Assembly: GCA_031280955.1 (NCBI GenBank)
Contig: JAITGA010000015.1
Coordinates: forward strand, 9,334 to 73,333
Direction of reading: 5' to 3'
DNA: 64,000 bases
DNA from: Lachnospiraceae bacterium
GTDB taxonomy: Bacteria > Bacillota > Clostridia > Lachnospirales > Lachnospiraceae
The translations under genes and the position numbers were made by a program. Shown here one piece after another: positions 54,056 to 61,419 of this stretch; within the stretch, counting starts at the first letter, position 1; the number at the start of each line of letters is the position of its first letter. The notes below the pieces were generated by a model. The model searched no databases. It worked only from the letters and a program-made list of their open reading frames with translations, and had not been told where the DNA came from.

Positions 54056-54727
54056 ATGAAAGAACTAGATAAGAAAAACATCATAAACGATATCGATGCC
54101 CTGCTCTTTGATTTGGATGGGACATTGGTTGATTCGATGTGGGTATGGAAAGAGATAGACTTCGAGTATTTGAAGCAATATGGGGCAACACCACCGGAAA
54201 ATATCGAGCAAATAATCGAGGGAATGAGTTTCACGGAAACGGCGACTTACTTCAAGGAGGTGTTTGCCCTCCCTGAGGATGTAGAGACGATCAAGGATGA
54301 ATGGAATCGACTGGCATGGGAGAAGTATACCACTCAGGTGCCAATGAAGCCGGGGGTGATGGAACTTTTACATTATGCTCGTGACAAAGGACTCAAAATG
54401 GGAATAGCCACCAGTAACTCGATCGAACTGGTAGAGCAGATTGTCACCGTCCATGATTTGAAGCAGTTTTTCCCCGTCATCATGACTTCATGCGAGGTTG
54501 AGAGAGGAAAACCGGCTCCCGATATTTATTTGGCGGTGGCAGCGGCTTTGAAGGTTGCCCCGGCACGGTGTCTTGTCTTTGAAGATATCGTTCCCGGGAT
54601 AGAGGCGGGCAAAAGTGCGGGGATGCGTGTCTGTGCTGTCGAGGATGCCTATTCAGCGGCAACTCGTGAGGAAAAACAACGACTGGCAGATTACTATATC
54701 ATGCACTATAATGAAATAGCCCTTTGA
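54056..54727 (+). CDS. HAD-superfamily hydrolase (beta-phosphoglucomutase-like subfamily)
   Basis: LLFDLDGTLVDS, TSNS, and KPAPDIY...FEDIVPGIEAGKSAGM. Confidence 0.8.
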   Translation: MKELDKKNIINDIDALLFDLDGTLVDSMWVWKEIDFEYLKQYGATPPENIEQIIEGMSFTETATYFKEVFALPEDVETIKDEWNRLAWEKYTTQVPMKPGVMELLHYARDKGLKMGIATSNSIELVEQIVTVHDLKQFFPVIMTSCEVERGKPAPDIYLAVAAALKVAPARCLVFEDIVPGIEAGKSAGMRVCAVEDAYSAATREEKQRLADYYIMHYNEIAL

Positions 54728-54740
54728 TGAAGATTTATAG

Positions 54741-55796
54741 ATGATGGAGAGGATCGCGGTGCATCGACACACCATCACCGACTATGAAGCCGGACAGCGG
54801 CTCGACAAGTTCCTGCGTAAGCTTTTACCGATGGCGGGAGATGGCTTCATATACAAGATGCTGCGGAAGAAGAACATTACCCTCAATGGAAAAAGGGTGA
54901 CGGGCAGGGAAATTATCAGAACCGATGATGAAGTGGTTTTTTTCATTGCCATCTCGACCCTTGACAGCTTCCAAAAATCGGTTTCAACTACTAGCTATGT
55001 TGAAGCATATGAAAAGCTTGAATCACCAAGGCTGTTATATGAAGACAAAGATATCCTCATTGTTGACAAGCCATCAGGGGTGTTGAGTCAAAAGGCAAAA
55101 GCGGACGATATCTCCCTCGGTGAATGGTTGATTGGATATTTGCTTAATAGCGGCGGGATAGACGAAACTTCGTTGTCAACATTTCGTCCCGCAGTACTGC
55201 ATCGTCTCGACCGCAATACCGGCGGGGTGGTCATCTGCGGGAAAACACTTTTTGGCAGTCAGGAGGTCAGCCGTCTTTTGCGGGAGCGATTGCTGAGGAG
55301 GTTTTATCTGCTGATCGTGAATGGGGCTTTATCTGAACCGGGAGAGCTTCGGGGTTACTGGGAAAAGGACTCCAAAAGAAACAAGTCAGCGATAAAACTA
55401 CTGACTAAGGATGACTCGCAAGCGAAAGCAGATGGCGGAGGAAACGATGAAGCCAACCTCGTCCTGACCAGATATCGGCCGCTCAAGGTAAGCAAAGGAG
55501 CGGGACGCGGCAGGCAATTGACACTGGTGGAAGCAGAATTGGTAAGCGGCAAATGTCATCAGATTCGTGCCCAGTTCGCCGCCTTTGGTTATCCCTTAAT
55601 CGGCGATTACAAATATGGCGATTTTGCCATCAATGACATATACAAACATACGTTCGGCATTGAGAGTCAGCTGATGTATGCCGCTCGTGTCGCTTTTCCC
55701 CCGCCGGCGGCTTGTCAGCTAGAAGACTTGGCAGGAAAAGAAATAAAGGCAGAGTGGCAGCCGCAGTTTGAGCTATTTTTCCGAGAGATATCTTGA
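54741..55796 (+). CDS. RluA/RluC-family pseudouridine synthase with an S4-like N-terminus
   Basis: RLDKFLRKL (S4) and the catalytic HRLDRNTGGVV motif. Confidence 0.85.
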   Translation: MMERIAVHRHTITDYEAGQRLDKFLRKLLPMAGDGFIYKMLRKKNITLNGKRVTGREIIRTDDEVVFFIAISTLDSFQKSVSTTSYVEAYEKLESPRLLYEDKDILIVDKPSGVLSQKAKADDISLGEWLIGYLLNSGGIDETSLSTFRPAVLHRLDRNTGGVVICGKTLFGSQEVSRLLRERLLRRFYLLIVNGALSEPGELRGYWEKDSKRNKSAIKLLTKDDSQAKADGGGNDEANLVLTRYRPLKVSKGAGRGRQLTLVEAELVSGKCHQIRAQFAAFGYPLIGDYKYGDFAINDIYKHTFGIESQLMYAARVAFPPPAACQLEDLAGKEIKAEWQPQFELFFREIS

Positions 55797-55834
55797 TTAA
55801 CAGAAGCAATTCGTTTCTATTTAGAAAGGGAGAT

Positions 55835-56383
55835 ATGGCGACTTGGAAGTCAAGGGGGCTACGCGGCTCTACCCTTGAGGAAATGATTAACCGCAGTAAT
55901 GAAAAGTACATGCAAAACGGACTGGCTTTGATACAAAAGATACCGACCTCGATTACCCCGATCGAAATTGACAAAGACAGCCGTTATATCACCAAGGCTT
56001 ACTTTGAAAAGAAGAGTACGGTTGATTATATCGGAGCGGTACAGGGGATACCGGTTTGCTTTGAGGCCAAGGAATGTACTCGTGATAGTTTTAGGCTAAG
56101 CAACATCCATGCTCACCAGATGGATTTCATGAGGAAGTTTGAGGAGCAAGGCGGCGTTTCTTTTGTCCTGATCCTGTTCGTCACCCGCAACACGGTGATG
56201 TACCTGCCATTTGCGAAGCTGAGTGGATTTTGGGAGCGAATGCAGACAGGGGGACGCAAGAGCTTTGACTTCGGCGAGTTGGATAGTGATTATGTTTTAC
56301 CATCCAAGCAAGGGATTATCGTCCCCTATTTAGATATGCTCAACAAAGATTTGCAGGAGCGAGGCCAAGAAAAGGAAAGGTGA
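55835..56383 (+). CDS. recU: Holliday junction resolvase RecU
   Basis: GSTLEEMINRSNEKYMQNGLALIQKIPT ... DYIGAVQGIPVCFEAKE ... HQMDFM. ATG 55835 follows AAAGGGAG. Confidence 0.85.
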   Translation: MATWKSRGLRGSTLEEMINRSNEKYMQNGLALIQKIPTSITPIEIDKDSRYITKAYFEKKSTVDYIGAVQGIPVCFEAKECTRDSFRLSNIHAHQMDFMRKFEEQGGVSFVLILFVTRNTVMYLPFAKLSGFWERMQTGGRKSFDFGELDSDYVLPSKQGIIVPYLDMLNKDLQERGQEKER

Positions 56384-57505
56384 ATGATGAAACTACTGCA
56401 CACTCCCGAGGGGGTAAGGGATATATACGGAAATGAATATGCACGGAAGCTGTGGGTTGAGGGAGTTATCAAAAAGCAACTAAACAGCTACGGTTACATG
56501 GATATAATGACACCGACATTTGAGTATTTTGACGTTTTTGCCCGCGAAATAGGGACAACACCGTCGAAAGACCTCTTCAAGATGATCGATGGTGACGGTA
56601 ATACCCTCGTACTTCGTCCCGACTTCACCCCCGGGGTGGCAAGATGTGCGGCAAAATATTTTGGCGATACGGATACCCCGCTTCGTTTTTGCTATCATGG
56701 TAATACTTACACCAATACTTCGAGCCTGCAAGGAAAGCTAAAGGAAGTAACGCAAATGGGCGTAGAACTTATTGGTGACGACAGCATCCATGCCGAGGCG
56801 GAAACGATAGCCCTCGCTATTGAGGCTTTGTTGGCAGCAGGGCTTTTGGAGTTTCAAATCAGTATCGGCGAAGTCGAATATTTCAAAGGTATTTGCGAAG
56901 CCGCCGGAATAGATGCACAGATGGAAGCGAAACTCAGAGACCTTATTTCGGAAAAGAACATCTTCGGTGTCGAGGAGGTACTGTTGGAAGCGGGTGCAGA
57001 TGACAAAAGCCGTGAACAATTGCTCCGTATTACCGATCTGTTGGGAACGCAGGAGATACTGGCGCAAGCTAGTGAGGAGGCGGGTAATCAGCGTTCACAA
57101 GCGGCGGTTTTGCGGCTATGCGAGCTTTATAAGGTACTGGGTGAGTATGGGGTGGACAAATATGTGGCGTTTGACCTGGGAATGTTAAGCCACTATAATT
57201 ACTATACAGGGATTATCTTTAAGTGCTATGCCTACGGTGTCGGTGATGTGATTGCCAAGGGGGGGCGTTATGATAATCTGTTGGAGCAATTCGGAGAAAA
57301 AAAGGCGGCAGTTGGCTTCGCTTTCACGATTGATGCCTTGATGGCGGCTCTATATCGGCAGCGGGTATTGATCAAAGAAACAGCGACAGACACGGTGGAA
57401 TACAGTCATGATTTCGCTGACCAACTAAATGCCGTGAAAGAACGCCGCCGGGCAGGGGAGCAAGTGGCACTCAATCCTGGCAAGGCTACGGAAGACCAAA
57501 GGTGA
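56384..57505 (+). CDS. hisZ: ATP phosphoribosyltransferase regulatory subunit HisZ
   Basis: HisRS-like class II fold (LRPDFTPGVAR, GGRYDNL) without an anticodon domain, directly upstream of a short-form hisG. Confidence 0.85.
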   Translation: MMKLLHTPEGVRDIYGNEYARKLWVEGVIKKQLNSYGYMDIMTPTFEYFDVFAREIGTTPSKDLFKMIDGDGNTLVLRPDFTPGVARCAAKYFGDTDTPLRFCYHGNTYTNTSSLQGKLKEVTQMGVELIGDDSIHAEAETIALAIEALLAAGLLEFQISIGEVEYFKGICEAAGIDAQMEAKLRDLISEKNIFGVEEVLLEAGADDKSREQLLRITDLLGTQEILAQASEEAGNQRSQAAVLRLCELYKVLGEYGVDKYVAFDLGMLSHYNYYTGIIFKCYAYGVGDVIAKGGRYDNLLEQFGEKKAAVGFAFTIDALMAALYRQRVLIKETATDTVEYSHDFADQLNAVKERRRAGEQVALNPGKATEDQR

Positions 57506-57509
57506 TGGT

Positions 57510-58151
57510 ATGAATAAGCGATTTTTGACATTTGCCCTTGCCAAAGGTAGGATGGCGTATACGGCAATGGATTTGCTCGAAAAAGCGGGGATTCATTGTG
57601 AGGAAATGCGAGACCGCAATTCACGCAAGCTGGTCTTCGTAAATGAAGAGCTGGGGCTTAGATTTTTCCTTGCCAAAAGTCCTGACGTGCCGACTTATGT
57701 AGAATATGGGGCAGCTGATTTCGGTATCGTCGGTAAGGATATCCTGATGGAGGAAGGGCGGCGTGTTTATGAGGTTTTAGACCTTGATTTTGGCAAATGC
57801 GCAATGTGTGTTTGCGGATTACCGAGTGCCAAGGAGCTACTTTGCCATCATGAGTTCATCCGTGTTGGTACGAAGTACCCCCATATCGCCAAGGATTATT
57901 TCTTTAACAAAAAGCACCAAACCGTCGATATCATCAAGCTCAATGGTTCGGTGGAGCTGGGGCCCTTGGTGGAGTTGGCGGATGTCATCGTTGATCTCGT
58001 TGAGACCGGTTCAACCCTTAGGGACAATGGCTTGGTGATTTTGGAAGAGATATGTCAGGTATCGGCACGACTCATCGTCAATCAAGTCAGTATGCAGATG
58101 AATTCGGAGCGAATCAAGCAGATTATTAGTGCCATGAAGGAGGCATTATGA
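57510..58151 (+). CDS. hisG: ATP phosphoribosyltransferase (short form)
   Basis: LTFALAKGR, DVPTYVEYGAADFGIVGKD and LVETGSTLRDNGL. Confidence 0.9.
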   Translation: MNKRFLTFALAKGRMAYTAMDLLEKAGIHCEEMRDRNSRKLVFVNEELGLRFFLAKSPDVPTYVEYGAADFGIVGKDILMEEGRRVYEVLDLDFGKCAMCVCGLPSAKELLCHHEFIRVGTKYPHIAKDYFFNKKHQTVDIIKLNGSVELGPLVELADVIVDLVETGSTLRDNGLVILEEICQVSARLIVNQVSMQMNSERIKQIISAMKEAL

Positions 58152-59449
58152 GAATAGTGGTTTTGGATAAGGTGAACCAAGAAAATATTTTGACCAACTT
58201 GTTGGAACGTGGGGTTATGCAGTTTTCCGAACACGAAAAGACAGTCGCAGAAATCGTCACCGCAGTAAAAAATGACGGCGATACGGCTTTGTTCCATTTT
58301 TCACAGAAATTCGACCGCTTCAGTTTGGAGGCGGATAATATCCGTGTGACCGCAATCGAAATAGCCGCTGCTTATGAGTGGGTGGATGATGGTTTCGTCA
58401 AAGCAATGAAACGTGCCGCCGCTAATATCGGGGATTTTCACCAAAAACAAAAGCAAAACAGTTGGTTTGACATCAAAGATGATGGCTCTGTCCTCGGTCA
58501 GCGGGTGACAGCACTTGATAGTGTCGGTGTATACGCTCCCGGGGGAACGGCGGCTTATATGTCGAGTGTCCTGATGAATGTAATTCCGGCGAAGGTGGCA
58601 GGGGTGAAGAGGATAGTCCTGGCGACTCCCCCTGACCAAGAGGGTAATATCGCTGCGGGGATATTAGTTGCCGCTGATATCGCCGGAGTCGATGAGATAT
58701 ATAAGGTCGGCGGGGCGCAAGCGATAGCGGCATTGGCATATGGGACACAAAGTATTCCCAAGGTTGACAAAATCACAGGACCGGGCAATATTTTCGTCAC
58801 CCTTGCCAAAAAAGCAGTATATGGTGTAGTCGGTATCGATTCTTTGGCAGGACCGAGTGAGATTTTGATCATCGCTGATGAAACTGCCAATCCGGTCTAC
58901 ATTGCCGCCGATTTGCTCTCACAAGCAGAACATGATGAGCTTGCGAGTGCGGTTTTGGTCACTGTCAGTCGGCGGTTGGCAGAGGCGGTATCCCTTGAAG
59001 TGGCAAAGCAGATGGAAGAACTGCCGCGAAAAGCGATCGCTGCGGCATCACTTGCCCGCTATGGTTATATTTTATTGGTAAGTGACCTTGATGAAGCGGC
59101 GGTTATTGCCAATGATATTGCCGCTGAACACGTAGAAATATTGACTGCTGACCCATTTATGTTGATGGCAAAGATACGTCATGCCGGAGCTATTTTTCTC
59201 GGTGAACATTCACCGGAACCGCTCGGGGATTATTTTGCCGGAACCAATCATGTCCTGCCAACCAATGGCACGGCACGTTTCAGTTCGGGACTTGGAGTTG
59301 ATGATTTTTGTAAAAAGACGAGTATCATCAGTTACACGGCGGCTGCCTTGCGCCGTGATAGTGATGAGATAATGGCAATTGCCGGCGAAGAGGGTCTTCA
59401 TGCCCATGCCAATGCGATTAAGGTACGTGAAGAAGTAAATCAAGGTTAG
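58148..59449 (+). CDS. hisD: Histidinol dehydrogenase
   Basis: GVYAPGGTAAY.SSVLM, QAEHDE, and position in the his operon. Confidence 0.93.
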   Translation: MRIVVLDKVNQENILTNLLERGVMQFSEHEKTVAEIVTAVKNDGDTALFHFSQKFDRFSLEADNIRVTAIEIAAAYEWVDDGFVKAMKRAAANIGDFHQKQKQNSWFDIKDDGSVLGQRVTALDSVGVYAPGGTAAYMSSVLMNVIPAKVAGVKRIVLATPPDQEGNIAAGILVAADIAGVDEIYKVGGAQAIAALAYGTQSIPKVDKITGPGNIFVTLAKKAVYGVVGIDSLAGPSEILIIADETANPVYIAADLLSQAEHDELASAVLVTVSRRLAEAVSLEVAKQMEELPRKAIAAASLARYGYILLVSDLDEAAVIANDIAAEHVEILTADPFMLMAKIRHAGAIFLGEHSPEPLGDYFAGTNHVLPTNGTARFSSGLGVDDFCKKTSIISYTAAALRRDSDEIMAIAGEEGLHAHANAIKVREEVNQG

Positions 59450-59480
59450 GCAATCCAAGATTAAAGAAAAGGAGAATTAC

Positions 59481-60068
59481 ATGGAAAGAATAGCAAGAAT
59501 TGAAAGAAAAACTAAGGAGACGGATATAGTCATCACCGTGAATCTCGATGGCAGCGGCAAGGCGAACGTGAGTTCGGGGATTGGCTTTTTTGACCATATG
59601 CTGGAGGGACTGGCAAAGCATGGATTCTTGGATATAGAATTAACCGTGAAAGGCGACCTCTCGGTTGACGGACATCACAGCGTCGAAGATACAGGGATAG
59701 TCCTCGGTGAGGCGATACGAACGGCTTTGGGAGCAAAGAAAGGCATCAAGCGTTATGGGCAGTTCATCCTGCCGATGGATGAGGCACTTGCCCTTTGTGC
59801 TGTGGATTTGGGTGGTCGTCCGTATCTGGGCTTTGACGTGACTTTTGGCGGCGATAGTGTCGGCGAGATGAAAACAGAACTGGTGCGTGAGTTTTTTTAT
59901 GCTGTTTCCTATGCCGCAGGCATGAATCTCCACATCAAATTACTGTCAGGACAAAACGACCATCATATCATCGAAGCAGTTTTCAAGGCTTTTGCCAAAG
60001 CACTATCTGAAGCTTCTGCATATGACCTGCGAGTGGATGGAGTGCTTAGCACCAAGGGGGTTATTTGA
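59481..60068 (+). CDS. hisB: Imidazoleglycerol-phosphate dehydratase
   Basis: RKTKETDI, GIGFFDHML and DGHHSVEDTGIVLG. Confidence 0.93.
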   Translation: MERIARIERKTKETDIVITVNLDGSGKANVSSGIGFFDHMLEGLAKHGFLDIELTVKGDLSVDGHHSVEDTGIVLGEAIRTALGAKKGIKRYGQFILPMDEALALCAVDLGGRPYLGFDVTFGGDSVGEMKTELVREFFYAVSYAAGMNLHIKLLSGQNDHHIIEAVFKAFAKALSEASAYDLRVDGVLSTKGVI

Positions 60069-60727
60069 TGACCAATAATGATAATATGAGTACCAAGGCG
60101 ATCAGCTTTGCCGAACTTGCAAAAAACGCTGACGGTCTCGTTCCTGTCATCGTCCAGGATGCTATCCACGACACGGTTTTGATGCTTGCGTATATGAATG
60201 AAGCGGCATATGAACAGACGCTGGCGAGCGGGCAGATGACGTATTTTAGCCGTAGCCGGGGGACGATATGGACTAAGGGTGAGACCAGTGGTCATTTCCA
60301 GACCCTTATTTCCCTTGCCGTGGATTGTGACGGCGATACCCTATTGGCACGAGTGAGCCAAACCGGGGTTGCTTGCCATACCGGGGAAATGAGTTGTTTT
60401 TTCAAGGAAATAGTCGCTGAGAAGGGGGAGGGTAACAAAAACCCTGCCGCTATTTTTGCGATGGTCATGGAAATCATCGCCGAACGCAGACGAAACCCCA
60501 AGGAGGGTTCTTATACCAATTATCTGTTTGATAAAGGTATCGACAAAATTCTCAAAAAGTTGGGCGAGGAAGCTACCGAAATCGTTATCGCTGCTAAGAA
60601 TGATGTTAAGAATGATACGGTTGCCGAGATTGGCGATTATCTATATCACTTGATGGTACTGATGACGGAAGCAGGGATTGGTTGGGATGATGTCACGGCA
60701 GAACTAAAGAAGCGGTACGAGAACTAG
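60065..60727 (+). CDS. hisI: Bifunctional phosphoribosyl-AMP cyclohydrolase / phosphoribosyl-ATP pyrophosphatase
   Basis: The HisI part has LVPVIVQD...WTKGETSGH...DCDGDTLL..V.Q.G.ACHTG. The HisE part has SYTNYLFDKGIDKILKKLGEEATE. Confidence 0.9.
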   Translation: MMTNNDNMSTKAISFAELAKNADGLVPVIVQDAIHDTVLMLAYMNEAAYEQTLASGQMTYFSRSRGTIWTKGETSGHFQTLISLAVDCDGDTLLARVSQTGVACHTGEMSCFFKEIVAEKGEGNKNPAAIFAMVMEIIAERRRNPKEGSYTNYLFDKGIDKILKKLGEEATEIVIAAKNDVKNDTVAEIGDYLYHLMVLMTEAGIGWDDVTAELKKRYEN

Positions 60728-61224
60728 AAATCAACATCTTCTCCTTGCAAGATGGCGGCGATATAGCGGAGGCGCAGATTGACCCGCTGATAATAATCGT
60801 TTGCAGTTTCGCCTAGCTCATCATCATAAAATTCTCCGGCGAAAGCTTCACCGAAGAGTCTTAGCACATCTTCCATGAACTCACTTGCCTCTAATGCCAG
60901 TTCATGTATGCCTTGATATTCTGACGGCACGTCAATCACTGCCAGTTGGGAAATCAAGGTGGCAATTCCATTCAAATAGTTAAGCAAATCATCGACGGCA
61001 GTATCAGACTGAGGGTCAATGGCATTGATGGCTTCATCGTAGAAGTGTATCTGCTTTAGATACTCATCCATGTTTTGTTGGAACAACGTGAGAGCATTGT
61101 TACGTGAACAACCACTCAGACAGAAGATGAAGAGTAGCGACAAAAGAATAGTCTTCCCTAAGATCTTTACCCGGGGGTTTGCTCCTGTTTGCGGGGATAT
61201 ATGTAAATGCTGGTTTGTGTTCAT
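60724..61224 (-). CDS. Putative lipoprotein of unknown function
   Basis: Signal peptide with lipobox LSGC (LLFIFCLSGCSRNN). It is convergent with hisIE and overlaps its end by 4 nt. Confidence 0.55.
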   Translation of the reverse strand: MNTNQHLHISPQTGANPRVKILGKTILLSLLFIFCLSGCSRNNALTLFQQNMDEYLKQIHFYDEAINAIDPQSDTAVDDLLNYLNGIATLISQLAVIDVPSEYQGIHELALEASEFMEDVLRLFGEAFAGEFYDDELGETANDYYQRVNLRLRYIAAILQGEDVDF

Positions 61225-61247
61225 TCGTGTGTATTCTCCATGTTAAA

Positions 61248-61360
61248 CCTTTACCGAAACCGGAAGAATGACACGCTCTTTTGTCATTCTTCGCACTAAG
61301 ACTTTGCAAAGCAAAGTCGTGTGCTGTCGTTGCGAGGCGGTTTACGCCGAAGCAATCCAT
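61248..61360 (+). repeat. Structured interspersed repeat, copy B
   Basis: It aligns by eye with 24136-24253, with a few substitutions and indels, the same hairpins and the same orientation. It lies between the lipoprotein gene start and metH. Confidence 0.85.
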
Positions 61361-61419
61361 CTGACTGATGGTAACATATTTATTCGCTTTTGACAAGTAA
61401 CCTATGCTATAATCAGCTT

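Noticed and set aside
61390-61413. TTGACA ... TATAAT upstream of metH as a promoter
   Set aside because: The spacer is only 12 nt, and the -10-like box sits 6 nt from the ATG. The hexamers are not spaced like a functional sigma-A promoter. The real metH promoter and any leader remain unidentified, and I saw no B12 or SAM riboswitch-like structure here.
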